Under the pieces are notes generated by a model. That model was not told the DNA's origin, ran no database searches, and saw nothing but the letters and a program-made list of their open reading frames with translations. Positions 35,968-46,512 of a DNA stretch of 63,945 nucleotides are shown here, in pieces (the stretch's first letter is position 1; the number at the start of each line of letters is the position of its first letter). Source of the stretch: Actinomycetota bacterium (GTDB taxonomy: Bacteria > Actinomycetota > UBA4738 > HRBIN12); contig JBKPKU010000081.1 of the NCBI GenBank assembly GCA_046731295.1, positions 1-63,945 on the forward strand, in the 5' to 3' direction. The translations under genes were made by a program, and so were the position numbers.

Positions 35968-36816
35968 TCAGGCGCCCGCCAGGATCACCTCGGGCCGGGC
36001 CATGGCCCCATCGTCGCGGTAGACGCCGACCAGGCGCCCGTCGGGATCGAACACTGCGTAGGACCCCTCGATCCCGGCCGGCCCGAGCGGGCGCCCGTGT
36101 GAGGCGGCCGTCGCCTCCTCGGCCTCGAGCGGCAGACGGGGCAGGTGCGCCACCGCGCGTTCGATCGGCAGGGGACGCGCGGCGTCCGGCGTCTCGGCCT
36201 CCTCGACGGCGAACGGGCCGATCGCCGTGCGGCGCAGGGAGGTCAGATGGGCGCCGCACCCGAGCGCGCGTCCCACGTCTGCCACGAGTACGCGCACGTA
36301 CGTCCCACCCGAACACGTGACGGCGAACCCGAACGTCGAGCCGTCGAACGTCGTCACGTCGCACGCATCGACGCGGATCGCACGAGGCGCCGCCTCAAGC
36401 TCCTCCCCCTTGCGAGCGGCCTCGTACATCTTACGCCCCCCGACCTTGACGGCCGAGTATGCGGGCGGCGCCTGCATGGACCGGCCGACGAGCGCCCGTG
36501 CGGCCGCGGCGACCTCCTCCCGCGTCGACGTCACCGGCGCCGAACGCACGACGATCCCGTCCGCGTCCAGCGTGTCGGTCTCGACTCCGAGCCGGGCGGT
36601 CCCGGTGTAGGACTTCGGGAGCTCGCCGAGGTATCGCAGCAACCGCGTGGCGCGTCCCACACCCAGCACCAGCAGCCCCGTCGCGATCGGATCCAGCGTG
36701 CCGGCGTGGCCGACCTTCCGCGTGCCGAGGTGTCGCCGGACGGCATCCACCACGTCGTGCGAGGTCAACCCCGAGGGCTTGTCCACCAGGACGAGGCCCT
36801 CGGCGGCCGGACTCAC
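35968..36816 (-). CDS. truB: tRNA pseudouridine-55 synthase
   Basis: GLVLVDKPSGLTSHDVV...KVGHAGTLDPIATGLL. GTG start in a GTGA overlap with the nrnA stop. The rest of ORF 35968..37722 is out-of-frame read-through. Confidence 0.9.
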   Translation of the reverse strand: MSPAAEGLVLVDKPSGLTSHDVVDAVRRHLGTRKVGHAGTLDPIATGLLVLGVGRATRLLRYLGELPKSYTGTARLGVETDTLDADGIVVRSAPVTSTREEVAAAARALVGRSMQAPPAYSAVKVGGRKMYEAARKGEELEAAPRAIRVDACDVTTFDGSTFGFAVTCSGGTYVRVLVADVGRALGCGAHLTSLRRTAIGPFAVEEAETPDAARPLPIERAVAHLPRLPLEAEEATAASHGRPLGPAGIEGSYAVFDPDGRLVGVYRDDGAMARPEVILAGA

Positions 36817-37790
36817 GGCCGCGTTCGGAGTGCGGACGTCAGGGAATCGATCGTGCGCGCGAGCCCGTATGCAGAGGTGTACCCGGCCGCCAGCCGATGT
36901 CCGCCGCCGCCGAACGTGGAGGCCACGGCCGCCACGTCGTGCGAGCCGCGCGAGCGCAGGCTCACCTTGAACCGTCCGTCCCGCTGTTGCTTGATCACCG
37001 CCGCGACGTCCGCCTCGCGCGCGGTCCGAACGACGTCGATCAGGTCGTCGGCCTCGGCCGGATCGACGCCGGCCGCGTCGAGATCGGCCCACGTGAGGTA
37101 GCTCCACACCAGGTCGGCATCGGGCTCGAGGCGGATGCGCCGCAGGGCGAGCCCCATGACGCGCAGGTACGCAGCGCCGTTGTCGTCGTACAGCGCCTGC
37201 ACGAGCCGGGTGTGATCGAACGGGAACTCGCGGAGTTCGGCCGCGAGACGGAGCGTGTCGGGTCCTACCGCCTGGTATTGGAAGCGACCGGTGTCGGTGA
37301 CTAGACCCGCGTAGAGGCAGACGGCCGTCTCGACCTGGATCTGTCCACCGAGCTCCTTCACCAGTCGCCAGACGAGCTCGCACGTGGAGGAGGCGGCCGG
37401 GTCGACCAGCGGGACCGTGCCAAGGCCCTCGTTGGTGAGGTGGTGGTCGATCCAGATCAGCGATTGGGCCCGCACCGCGGGGCCACCCAGCTTCCCGAGC
37501 CGGTCCAACGAGGCGACGTCGCACGTCACCATGACCTGGGGGTCGTTCGGGAAGGCCGAGGGCGGAACGAGCGCATCGGTCCCCGGCAGCATGTCGGCCC
37601 ACCGCGGGGCCTCGAACGGGTCGTTGGGGAACGAGCAGACGGTCCGCTTGCCCACGGCCCGCAGGTGGTTCGACAGCCCGAGCATCGAGCCGAGCGCGTC
37701 GGCGTCGGGGTTCACGTGGCACGCGAGCGCGATCTCGGACGCCTCCGAGAGCGTCTCGGCGGCCTTCGCGTAGGGATCGGCGACCCTCAC
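36813..37790 (-). CDS. nrnA: DHH/DHHA1 phosphoesterase, NrnA-type oligoribonuclease/pAp phosphatase
   Basis: ACHVNPDADALGS, WIDHH and GGGGH motifs. GTGA overlap with the rbfA stop. Confidence 0.8.
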   Translation of the reverse strand: MRVADPYAKAAETLSEASEIALACHVNPDADALGSMLGLSNHLRAVGKRTVCSFPNDPFEAPRWADMLPGTDALVPPSAFPNDPQVMVTCDVASLDRLGKLGGPAVRAQSLIWIDHHLTNEGLGTVPLVDPAASSTCELVWRLVKELGGQIQVETAVCLYAGLVTDTGRFQYQAVGPDTLRLAAELREFPFDHTRLVQALYDDNGAAYLRVMGLALRRIRLEPDADLVWSYLTWADLDAAGVDPAEADDLIDVVRTAREADVAAVIKQQRDGRFKVSLRSRGSHDVAAVASTFGGGGHRLAAGYTSAYGLARTIDSLTSALRTRP

Positions 37791-38140
37791 TCCTCCTCCA
37801 CCTGGTGAAGCTCCTTGAGAAGCTCCTCGATGCGGTCGGCCGACGCCGGCACCTCGTCCGGCTCGAACCGCAGGTCCGGCAGCACCTTCATCCTGACTTG
37901 TCGCCCGATCACCTGCCGGAGGTGTCCGCGGGCCGAGCTCAACGCTGCCGCCGTCGCGCGCCGGGCGCGCTCGTCCCCCAACGACGTGTAGAACACGCGC
38001 GCGAGGCGAAGGTCGGGGGTGACCGTCACACCGGTCACCGTGACGAACCCGACCCGCGGGTCCTTCAGCTTGGGGATCTCCTCGGCCAGGATCTCGCGGA
38101 ACTCCTCGGACACCCGGCTCGGCCGGCCTCCCTCGGGCAT
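37787..38140 (-). CDS. rbfA: Ribosome-binding factor A
   Basis: RVSEEFREILAEEI...DPRVGFVTVTGVTVTPDLRLARVFY... Confidence 0.9.
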   Translation of the reverse strand: MPEGGRPSRVSEEFREILAEEIPKLKDPRVGFVTVTGVTVTPDLRLARVFYTSLGDERARRATAAALSSARGHLRQVIGRQVRMKVLPDLRFEPDEVPASADRIEELLKELHQVEEE

Positions 38141-38143
38141 CGG

Positions 38144-38437
38144 TCAGTCCTCCGGGTGGTGCAGGGTGAGTTCGCTGTCGATCAGCTCGACCTCGGCCCA
38201 CCGGTCGACGAGCTTGGCGACCTCGTGCAGCACCCTGCGCGCGTGGTATTGCTCGCCGGACACGGCCGCGACGGCGATCGCCGTGCGTTGCCACAGGTCG
38301 TGGTGGTCGACCTCGGCCACCGAGACGTTGAACGTGGAGCGGATGGCGTTCGTGAGCGTCTTCACGACGTGGCGCTTCTCCTTGAGCGATCCGCATGCAG
38401 GGATCCGAAGGTCGAACCGCTCCAGCGCGACGAGCAT
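38144..38437 (-). CDS. DUF503 (YlxP-like) protein
   Basis: [28 protein letters not shown]... Conserved position between infB and rbfA. Confidence 0.75.
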   Translation of the reverse strand: MLVALERFDLRIPACGSLKEKRHVVKTLTNAIRSTFNVSVAEVDHHDLWQRTAIAVAAVSGEQYHARRVLHEVAKLVDRWAEVELIDSELTLHHPED

Positions 38438-38448
38438 CCGCCGTTCGC

Positions 38449-40563
38449 CTACAGCTCCCGGGCGACCTCGCGCACCTCGTACGCCTCGATGACGTCGCCC
38501 TCCTTGATGTCGTTGAAGTTCTCGATGCCGATACCGCATTCGAAGCCTTCGGCGACCTCGCGCACGTCGTCCTTGAAACGGCGCAGGGACGATATCCGCC
38601 CGTCGTAGGCGACGACCCCGTCGCGAACGACGCGCGCGCGGCCGTTGCGGACGATCGTGCCGTGCAGCACGTAGCACCCGGCGATCACGCCGGCCCTCGG
38701 GACGCGGAAGAGCGCGCGCACCTCGGCCCGTCCGAGCTCGGTCTCCTGCTTCTCGGGGCTGAGCATCCCGGCCAGCGCGCTGCGGATGTCGTCGATCGCG
38801 TCGTAGATCACCCGATACAGCCGGAGGTCCACGCCCTCCTTCTCGGCAAGGTCGCGCGCCTGCGCGTCCGGGCGGACGTTGAACCCGACGACGATCGCGT
38901 TGGATGTGAGCGCGAGGTTGATGTCGCTCTCGGTGATGGCGCCCGCGGCGCTTCGGATCACGTTGACCCGCACCTCGTCCTGGGGCAGCTTGGCCAGCGC
39001 GTCGACCAGCGCGCCGATCGAACCCTGCACGTCGGCCTTGACGATCAGGTTGAGCTCGGGCACCTCGTCGTGGCGCGCCTGGGCCATGAGCTCCTGCAGG
39101 GTCGGCGGGCGCGTGGTGACCAGCTCGGCGGCGCGGACCTTGGCCTCGCGCTCCTGCACGACGTGGCGCGCCGCACGCTCGTCCTCGACCTCCCGGATAT
39201 CCTCGCCCGCATTCGGGGTCGCGGACCATCCGAGGATCTGCACGGGCTTGCTGGGGCCGGCCTGCTTCACTTGCTGGCCGTTCTCGTCCAACATCGCGCG
39301 GATCTTGGCCCACGACGTTCCCGATACCAGGGTGTCGCCGACGTCCAGCGTGCCCTTCTGCACGAGCACCGTCGCGACCGGCCCGCGGCCGCGGTCCAGG
39401 TGCGCCTCCAGCACCACGCCACGCGCGCGGCCGACCGGATCGCCCTTGAGCTCCTCGACATCGGCCACCAACAGGATCGTCTCGAGCAGGTCGTCGAGGT
39501 TCGTCCGGGCTTTGGCCGATACGTCGACGAACTCGTAGGTACCCCCGAACTGGGTCGGGACGATGCCCTGCTCCACCATCTGGGTCCGAACCCGCTGCGG
39601 GTCGGCCTCGGGCTTGTCGATCTTGTTGACCGCAACGATGATCGGCACCCCGGCCGCCTTCGCGTGGTCCAGCGCCTCGATGGTCTGCGGCTTCACGCCG
39701 TCGTCGGCCGCGACCACGAGCACCGCGATGTCGGTCACCTGGGCGCCGCGAGCACGCATCGCCGTGAACGCCTCGTGGCCGGGGGTGTCGATGAACGTCA
39801 CCTCGCGGCCGTTGGTGTGGACCTGGTAGGCGCCGATGTGCTGCGTGATTCCGCCGAACTCCTGCGACACGACGTCTGTCCGCCGGATCGCGTCCAGGAG
39901 CAGCGTCTTGCCGTGGTCGACGTGGCCCATGATCGTCACGACCGGGGCGCGGGGCTCGAGGCGGCTCTCGTCGACCTCCTCCTCGGGCTCCTCCTCTTCC
40001 TCCTCTTCGATCCCGACGATGTCGACCTCGTACCCGAACTCGCCGGCGAGCAGCGTGAGCGAGTCGTCCGACAGCGACTGGGACGCTGTCGCCATCTCGC
40101 CGAGCGTGATCAGCGCCTTGACGATCTCGGCGACACCGCGGCCGGTCTTGTCCGCGACGTCTTGCGGCGTGGAGCCGTGCGCCAACCGCAGTACGGGCCC
40201 CGCGGGTTCGGGGGGCGGGGGCGCCTCCTCGAGCGCGGTTGCCGGCGCTGCCGTCTGACCATTCGGCTCGGCGGTGGCGACGTCGGCGACGACGGCGTCC
40301 TCGGCCGGCGCGGACGGCGCCCGGGCCTCGGCGACCTTCCTCCGGCCTGGGCTCGGCTTGGGCAGCGGCTCCTCGACCGCCTCCTTCAGCTTGGCCTCGG
40401 GCACGGCCTTCCCGCCGGACGCGCGCAGGCGCGGCACGGCCTGCTCGGGCACCGACGAGGACGCCGTCAGGCCGTCGACACCCATCTCCTTGAGCGCCGC
40501 CAGCAGATCCTTGCTGGCAACGCCCAGCTCCTTGGCAAGCTCGTGAACCCTCAACGAACCCAT
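38449..40563 (-). CDS. infB: Translation initiation factor IF-2
   Basis: [12 protein letters not shown]-terminus, then [16 protein letters not shown] and NKID. Confidence 0.95.
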   Translation of the reverse strand: MGSLRVHELAKELGVASKDLLAALKEMGVDGLTASSSVPEQAVPRLRASGGKAVPEAKLKEAVEEPLPKPSPGRRKVAEARAPSAPAEDAVVADVATAEPNGQTAAPATALEEAPPPPEPAGPVLRLAHGSTPQDVADKTGRGVAEIVKALITLGEMATASQSLSDDSLTLLAGEFGYEVDIVGIEEEEEEEPEEEVDESRLEPRAPVVTIMGHVDHGKTLLLDAIRRTDVVSQEFGGITQHIGAYQVHTNGREVTFIDTPGHEAFTAMRARGAQVTDIAVLVVAADDGVKPQTIEALDHAKAAGVPIIVAVNKIDKPEADPQRVRTQMVEQGIVPTQFGGTYEFVDVSAKARTNLDDLLETILLVADVEELKGDPVGRARGVVLEAHLDRGRGPVATVLVQKGTLDVGDTLVSGTSWAKIRAMLDENGQQVKQAGPSKPVQILGWSATPNAGEDIREVEDERAARHVVQEREAKVRAAELVTTRPPTLQELMAQARHDEVPELNLIVKADVQGSIGALVDALAKLPQDEVRVNVIRSAAGAITESDINLALTSNAIVVGFNVRPDAQARDLAEKEGVDLRLYRVIYDAIDDIRSALAGMLSPEKQETELGRAEVRALFRVPRAGVIAGCYVLHGTIVRNGRARVVRDGVVAYDGRISSLRRFKDDVREVAEGFECGIGIENFNDIKEGDVIEAYEVREVAREL

Positions 40564-40826
40564 TCCCCCTCGAGATCCGCCCTTAGCGTAGCGGCTCCGT
40601 CCTCGTTCAGACTGACACGGAGAGCCCTGGACAACGAGCCACGCGCGATCGCGGCCTCCAAGCAGGCGCGATCCGGATGCAGGTATGCGCCCCGGCCGGG
40701 CGTCGAACCCGACCGGTCCACACGAATCGCGTCACCGTCGACAACCACGAGCCGGACGAGGCCGGCCTTCTCGCCCCGCCGCCTGCAGCCGACGCACGTC
40801 CGCAGGGGCGCGTGCGCGGCCGGCAC
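40551..40826 (-). CDS. YlxR-family (DUF448) RNA-binding protein
   Basis: [20 protein letters not shown]...GRGAYLH motif. GTG start 2 nt after the nusA stop. Overlaps the infB start by 13 nt. Confidence 0.75.
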   Translation of the reverse strand: MPAAHAPLRTCVGCRRRGEKAGLVRLVVVDGDAIRVDRSGSTPGRGAYLHPDRACLEAAIARGSLSRALRVSLNEDGAATLRADLEGEWVR

Positions 40827-40828
40827 CG

Positions 40829-42097
40829 TCAGGCCTCCGCCTTCTCCTCCGCCGCCGGCTCGGGCCCCTCGGCGGCGTCCTCCATGACGAGCGGCTCCTC
40901 GCCTTCGGGAGCCGTCTCCTCGGTGGCCGGCTCGTCTGCGTCCGCGTCTGGCTCCTCCGCAGCCGCCTTTTCCCCGGCCGCGGCTGCCTCCTGGGCCGCG
41001 GCTGCCCGGGTCGACTCCTCGCCGGCGGCCGCCGCCGCTCGCGAACCGCCGCGCTGCTCGTCGGCGAACTGCGTCTCGCTCTTGATGTCGATTCGCCAGC
41101 CGGTGAGCCGCGCCGCCAAACGAGCGTTCTGACCCTCGCGTCCGATCGCCAGCGAGAGCTGGTAGTCGGGCACGATGACGAGCGCGGTCTGCGTCTCCGG
41201 GTCGACCTTGGCCTCGCGAACCTTGGCCGGCTGCAGCGCGTTCGCCACGAACGTCGCCGGGTCGGCGCTCCAGGGCACCACATCGATCTTCTCGCCGCGG
41301 AGCTCGGTCACGACGTTTCGAACGCGCGACCCCTTCGGCCCGACGCACGCCCCCACGGGATCGACGGCGGGCTCGTTGGACGAGACCCCGATCTTCGAAC
41401 GGTGGCCGGGCTCGCGCGCCACGGCCTTGATCTCGACGATCCCCTCGGCGATCTCGGGCACCTCGAGCTCGAACAGCTTCTTCAGCAGCCCGGGGTGCGT
41501 CCTCGACACGACGATCTGCGGGCCCTTGGCGCCCTTGCGGACCTCGGTGATATAGCCCTTCAGGCGCTCGCCGTTCCGGTAAGGCTCGCTCGGAACCTGC
41601 TCCGCCTGCGGCAGCAGCGCCTCGACCTTGCCGAGATCCAGCAGCGTGTACCGTCGCTCGGACTGTTGCACGATGCCCGTGACGACGTCGCCCTCGCGGC
41701 CGGCGAACTCCTCGTACGTCATCTCGCGCTCGGCGTCGCGCAGCTTCTGGAAGATCACCTGCTTGGCGGTCTGCGCGCCGATGCGGCCCTTGAACTCGTC
41801 GGTGACCGGGACCTCCTGCTCCGAGAGCACCTTGGTCTCGACCGTCACCTCGCCCTCTTCCTCGCCCTCGTGCTCGATGCGCTCGAGCTCCTGCAGCCAC
41901 ACGCGAAGGTCACCGCTCTCGGGGTCGATCTTCGCGCGCACGCCGAATGTCTCCTCGTCGAGCTCTGGGTGCTGCTGCTTCCACCACGACTTGTAAGCGG
42001 ACGCCATCGCCTCCTCGAGGCCCTCGAGGATCGTCTCGAACGCGATCCCCTTCTCGCGCTCGAGCTCGCGCAGCGCCGCGATCATCTCCTGGTTCAT
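40829..42097 (-). CDS. nusA: Transcription termination/antitermination factor NusA with an acidic, Ala-rich C-terminal tail
   Basis: MNQEMIAALRELEREKGI..., S1 and two KH domains. Start set to the ATG adjacent to the rimP stop. Confidence 0.9.
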   Translation of the reverse strand: MNQEMIAALRELEREKGIAFETILEGLEEAMASAYKSWWKQQHPELDEETFGVRAKIDPESGDLRVWLQELERIEHEGEEEGEVTVETKVLSEQEVPVTDEFKGRIGAQTAKQVIFQKLRDAEREMTYEEFAGREGDVVTGIVQQSERRYTLLDLGKVEALLPQAEQVPSEPYRNGERLKGYITEVRKGAKGPQIVVSRTHPGLLKKLFELEVPEIAEGIVEIKAVAREPGHRSKIGVSSNEPAVDPVGACVGPKGSRVRNVVTELRGEKIDVVPWSADPATFVANALQPAKVREAKVDPETQTALVIVPDYQLSLAIGREGQNARLAARLTGWRIDIKSETQFADEQRGGSRAAAAAGEESTRAAAAQEAAAAGEKAAAEEPDADADEPATEETAPEGEEPLVMEDAAEGPEPAAEEKAEA

Positions 42098-42582
42098 CTC
42101 GTCCCTGCCTTCTTCCATTCGAAGACGGTCCTCGCCGAGGCGATGCCGTCGTAGGGGACGCGCAGCTCTCCGCCCTCGGATGCGACAACGATCGCCTCCG
42201 TGTCGGCCGAGACCAGCGCGCCCTCGTGGACCCTGCTGCCGTCCACGGGGTCCACCGTCTTCACCCTCACCTGCTGCCCGACGCTCCGTTCGAAGTGCCG
42301 GGGTTCCCGGAGCCTGCGCTCCAGGCCCGGCGATCCCACCTCCAGCTCGTAGGGCCCGTCCTGCCCGAACCCCTCCAGGTCCAGGCGGCGCGAGATGCGC
42401 TGCGAGAGCGCCGAGATCGTGTCCAGGTCGACGCCGCCCTCTTCCCCGGACCCACCCGCCCGGTCGACCATCACCCGAAGGATCCGGCGCCCCGCCTCAC
42501 GGCCGAACGTGACCTCCCACACCTCGAGCCCGCCGGCCTCCACGACCGGCCGGACCAGCCCCTCGACCTCGTGCTCGCGCAC
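42094..42582 (-). CDS. rimP: Ribosome maturation factor RimP
   Basis: Typical RimP N-terminus (...GLEVWEVTFGREAGRRILRVMVD...) and conserved position upstream of nusA. Confidence 0.85.
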   Translation of the reverse strand: MREHEVEGLVRPVVEAGGLEVWEVTFGREAGRRILRVMVDRAGGSGEEGGVDLDTISALSQRISRRLDLEGFGQDGPYELEVGSPGLERRLREPRHFERSVGQQVRVKTVDPVDGSRVHEGALVSADTEAIVVASEGGELRVPYDGIASARTVFEWKKAGTR

Positions 42583-42597
42583 CCGAACGACCCCCTC

Positions 42598-42625
42598 GAC
42601 AAAGAAAGTGGGCGCGAGCCCACTT
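42598..42625 (-). terminator. Rho-independent terminator upstream of the rimP-nusA-infB operon
   Basis: Minus strand reads AAGTGGGC-TCGC-GCCCACTT followed by TCTTTGT (8-bp stem plus U-rich tract). Confidence 0.6.
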
Positions 42626-42742
42626 CCGGGTGAAACCGCCGCTGTTTGCGCAGGTCAGTATACGCCTCCCGAACCCGATCGAACCCCAAAGGCCGCGTAC
42701 GCCTTCGCCGCTGGCGCTCAGACATCGATCCGGCGAGGTTGT

Positions 42743-43024
42743 CTAGAGCGCGCGGCGCTGCCCGTCGGGGCTGGTCCAGTGGTTCCGGGCCCCCATGCGG
42801 CGGACGACGCGAACGTCGTCCCAGCCCTCGTGCATCCGGATCCCGAGCTCCCGGCAGGCCGACTCGGCCGCCTCCCGGCTCTCGAACTCCTCCCGCACCC
42901 ACAGCCCGGTCGCGTCCACGAGCACGAGGTCCCAGGTTCGGAGCCCCACGTGCTGCACGACGCCCTCGACCTCGGGTCGGAGCTTCACGAAGTCGCGCAG
43001 GTCGTTCGGGGCGCGCGTGGCCAT
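42743..43024 (-). CDS. Hypothetical 93-aa protein immediately downstream of proS
   Basis: Coding-like G/C third positions, 10-nt gap to the proS stop. No family recognised. Confidence 0.45.
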   Translation of the reverse strand: MATRAPNDLRDFVKLRPEVEGVVQHVGLRTWDLVLVDATGLWVREEFESREAAESACRELGIRMHEGWDDVRVVRRMGARNHWTSPDGQRRAL

Positions 43025-43034
43025 CGGCCGAAGC

Positions 43035-44750
43035 CTAGGGTGCGCCGGCGAGCAGGTCCATCGCCGCTCGGGCCGTGTCGGCCAGCGGCGTCTGCGAGCG
43101 CTCCCCGGTCGAACGGAGCTTGAGGTCGGCCGTTCCCGCCTCCACCCCGCGCTTGCCGATCACGACCTGCACGGGATAGCCGATCAGGTCGGCATCGGCG
43201 AACTTCACGCCGGCGGTCTCCTGGCGGTCGTCGAGCACGGCCTCGACGCCGCCGTCGAGGAGCTCGCCGTATACGCGCTCGGCCTCCGAGATCACGCGGT
43301 CGTCGTCGCGGTTCGCGATCACGACCACGACCTCGAACGGCGCGAGGCGTCGTGGAAGCGTCAAGCCGGCGTCGTCGTGGAACTGCTCGACGGCGGCCGC
43401 GAGGATGCGCGAGATCCCGATCCCGTACGAACCCATGAGGTACGGCTTCTCGGTGCCGTCCTCGTCGATGAACCGGGCGCCGAGGGGCGCAGAGTAATGG
43501 GTGTGCAGTTGGTAGATGTGTCCGATGACGATCGCGCGCCCGACGTGGAGCGTCCCGCCGTCGTTGGGGCAGCGATCGCCTTCCCGGAGCGCCACGACGT
43601 CCTCGACCCGGTCGATCCTGAAGTCCCGGGGCGTGTTGACCCCCGTGGCGTGACGGTCGGTTTCGTTCGCCCCGGTCACCCAGTCGGCGCCACCGAGGAC
43701 AGAAGGGTCGGCCACCACGACCACGTCGTTCCCGAGGCCCTGGGGACCGACGAACCCCTTCACGAACCCACGGGCGGCGAAGTCCGCATCCTCGAACCTG
43801 CGGACGGGGGTCGGGAAGAACACCCGCTCGATCTTGGCGTCCTCGACCTCCCGGTCCCCCGGTACGAGCACCGCGAGGGAGCTCCCCCCCGTGTCGTACA
43901 TAATCGTCTTGAGGGTCTGCGAGGGCTCGCGGCGGAGGAACGCGGCGACCGCCTCGATCGTCGACGCGCCGGGGGTGTCCACGACCGCCAACGATGCCGA
44001 GCCATCGGGCACCGGCGCGGGCGCCATCGGGGTCGCGGCCTTCCAGTCGGCGAGGTAGTCGCCGTTCTCGCACTCGACGAACCGGTCCTCGCCGACATCG
44101 ACCCGGGCCATGTACTCGTGGTTCACGCCGCCACCGATCTGGCCCGGCTCGGCCTCGACGACGACGTACTCCAGGCCGAGCCGATCGAAGATCCGGACGT
44201 AGGCGTCGTACATGACCTTGTAAGAGGCCGCCATGCCGGCCTCGTCGCGGTCGAAGGTGTACGCGTCTTTCATCAGGAACTCGCGAACGCGCAGCAGTCC
44301 GAACCGCGGGCGGAACTCGTCCCGGTACTTCCACTCGATCTGGTACAGGTTCATGGGGAGGTCGCGGTACGAAGGGAGCGCCGCCTGCACGATCGGCGCC
44401 ACGATCTCCTCCTGCGTGGGCCCGAGGACCAGGTCCCGTTCGTGCCGGTCCCGGAGGTGGAACATCAGGTCGCCGTACAGTTGCCATCGGCCGGTCGCCT
44501 TCCAGGGCTCCGCGGGCAACAGGATCGGCATCCGGAACTCCTGCGCGCCTGAGGCGTCCATCTCCTCGCGCACGACGCGCTCGATCTTGCGCATCGCGCG
44601 CAGGCCGAGCGGCAGGGTCGCGTAGATGCCGGCCGCCACCTGCCGGACGAACCCCGCCCGCAGCAGGAGCCGGTGCGATGCCACCTCCGCCTCGGCCGGG
44701 TCCTCGCGCAGGGTAGGCGCGAACAACACCGAGAGCCTCATGGGGGCCAC
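43035..44750 (-). CDS. proS: Proline--tRNA ligase (bacterial type with INS editing domain)
   Basis: Class II motifs (...WKYRDEFRPRFGLLRVREF..., ...GSYGIGISR...) and a length of 571 aa. Confidence 0.95.
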   Translation of the reverse strand: MAPMRLSVLFAPTLREDPAEAEVASHRLLLRAGFVRQVAAGIYATLPLGLRAMRKIERVVREEMDASGAQEFRMPILLPAEPWKATGRWQLYGDLMFHLRDRHERDLVLGPTQEEIVAPIVQAALPSYRDLPMNLYQIEWKYRDEFRPRFGLLRVREFLMKDAYTFDRDEAGMAASYKVMYDAYVRIFDRLGLEYVVVEAEPGQIGGGVNHEYMARVDVGEDRFVECENGDYLADWKAATPMAPAPVPDGSASLAVVDTPGASTIEAVAAFLRREPSQTLKTIMYDTGGSSLAVLVPGDREVEDAKIERVFFPTPVRRFEDADFAARGFVKGFVGPQGLGNDVVVVADPSVLGGADWVTGANETDRHATGVNTPRDFRIDRVEDVVALREGDRCPNDGGTLHVGRAIVIGHIYQLHTHYSAPLGARFIDEDGTEKPYLMGSYGIGISRILAAAVEQFHDDAGLTLPRRLAPFEVVVVIANRDDDRVISEAERVYGELLDGGVEAVLDDRQETAGVKFADADLIGYPVQVVIGKRGVEAGTADLKLRSTGERSQTPLADTARAAMDLLAGAP

Positions 44751-44773
44751 AGGATACCGTGGGACCTACGCGC

Positions 44774-46351
44774 TCAGGTGTCGGTGACGAGGCCGATGAA
44801 CTGCTGCCACTGCGCCGCCGACTGCGCGTACTGGTTGAACGTGGCGACGTTCTGCGGCAACGTCGGGTCGCGATTGATCGCGGTGTAGTCGCCCCACCGC
44901 TCGACGCCGGGCGACGCGTTGTAGGTCGCGGCGCCCGCGTGCACCATGAGCTCGGCGTCGCCGGTGGAGTCCGGCTGGATCGTGGACACCCACGCGGACA
45001 GGAACTCGTTCTCGGGCTCGCTGGCGCGGCTGTAGGTCACGAACAGGACGCCTGAGGCAGCGGTCGCTACGCTTGGCCATCCCACGTCGACCTCGGGCTC
45101 GCCGATGATGCCCTTGCGCGCGATCACGGAGTTCCGCAGGTTGGTCGCGGGGTCGATCTCGTACCAGCGGATGACCGACTCCGGATACCCACCGGTGTGC
45201 GTGTCGGGTCGGAGGTCCTTGAGCATCGCCTGGGCCGTGAACAGCTCGTTTCGATCGGCGTCGTAGAACGAGTTGATCAGCCGCGTGTCGCCCGTGTCCC
45301 ACCACGTGTCTCGTGCGTTGACCCCGCCGCCCCGCTGCGTTCCGGCCGGAGGTCTCGACACACGCCCCGACGGGACCGAGACCATCTTCAGGGCGAACCC
45401 CGTGGTCGTGGGTTTGATGCGCCACAGGGTCAGGTAGTCGCCACGGCCCCGAACCGGGCCGAACGACACCATCAGCTGCACGCCCGGAGAGGCTCCGACG
45501 GTCTCGGCCGGTCGGAGCGTGAAGGCCTGCTTCCCGTGGTCGTCCCTCGTCGCGGTCCCGGCGAACACGGTCGGGACCGGATCTGGCTGGTCACAGTCGT
45601 ACAACCCCTTCTTTTCGATCATCATCACTTGCGAGGAGCGGAACGCGCCGATCGAGCTCGGGAACATGAACTCGTTCGTCGTGATCGTGACGTGCGTCTC
45701 GTTGAAGCCGAGCCCGGGGTAGTCGGCCCACGTCGCCGGCCCGCCGGGGATCGCATCACCCGGGAAGGAGATCGCGCACCACGTCGAGGCGTCGGCCGCG
45801 GTGGCGTCCGGGATCGCGACCGAAACGATGATCGACAGGCGCGGCCGGTTCTCCTGGACCAGGTACACGAGGACGAACGTGTCGTCGTACGGGTCGTAGA
45901 CGACCTTGGGGTCGAACGCCGTGCGGCCAACCGAGTCCGGGTGGAGCGCGTCGAGCTGGATCGGGGCCATCATCTGGGTCCCGTTGAGGTCGTAGACGGC
46001 CACCTGCGTGTTCACGGCGGCGACGATGACGTCGTCTCCGCGCGAGCCGGTGGTGTCGGACGGGCTCGAGAGTGGGTCCGCCAGCGCGTCGAAGCCGGTG
46101 ACCGACTGCGGCGCCAGCGCGGAAACCGCCCGGTCGACGTGCACCGCGGCTCCCCCGGGTGCGAAGCGTCGGGCGATGACGTCGAAGGAGGTGGCCTCGT
46201 GCCGCGAGGCGCCCGGATCGCGTCCATGGACGATCATCCGCGAGGCCGAACCGGACGGCACCCTTGGTTGCGCGGTTGCCGGCTGGACCAATGGGAGCAT
46301 GCCCAGCGCCAGAACGGCGAGTGCGGAGACGTACCTCGTGGACGAACGCAT
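44774..46351 (-). CDS. Secreted protein of unknown function (525 aa)
   Basis: Sec signal MRSSTRYVSALAVLALGMLPLVQPATA-QP. The mature part is beta-rich with repeated Trp/Asp motifs (WADYPG, WWDTGDT, RWGDYTA). No family recognised. Confidence 0.6.
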   Translation of the reverse strand: MRSSTRYVSALAVLALGMLPLVQPATAQPRVPSGSASRMIVHGRDPGASRHEATSFDVIARRFAPGGAAVHVDRAVSALAPQSVTGFDALADPLSSPSDTTGSRGDDVIVAAVNTQVAVYDLNGTQMMAPIQLDALHPDSVGRTAFDPKVVYDPYDDTFVLVYLVQENRPRLSIIVSVAIPDATAADASTWCAISFPGDAIPGGPATWADYPGLGFNETHVTITTNEFMFPSSIGAFRSSQVMMIEKKGLYDCDQPDPVPTVFAGTATRDDHGKQAFTLRPAETVGASPGVQLMVSFGPVRGRGDYLTLWRIKPTTTGFALKMVSVPSGRVSRPPAGTQRGGGVNARDTWWDTGDTRLINSFYDADRNELFTAQAMLKDLRPDTHTGGYPESVIRWYEIDPATNLRNSVIARKGIIGEPEVDVGWPSVATAASGVLFVTYSRASEPENEFLSAWVSTIQPDSTGDAELMVHAGAATYNASPGVERWGDYTAINRDPTLPQNVATFNQYAQSAAQWQQFIGLVTDT

Positions 46352-46512
46352 GCGGAGGGCTCCCCCCTGCTTTCCGGTGTGGGTCGGTGGCGCAACACCC
46401 TATCCAGTCCGGTCGGCAGCGTGGCACGGATGAGCCCGTTCTCACCCCGTCCACGTGCGGACGAGTAGGGTAGCTGCCCCGAACCGGGTGGATCTCGTCC
46501 AAGGAGGTGCCG

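Noticed and set aside
46352-46506. Possible Trp-codon leader peptide or attenuator upstream of trpE
   Set aside because: No short ORF with tandem Trp codons (the only small ORF reads MSPFSPRPRADE), and no terminator/antiterminator pair is visible.
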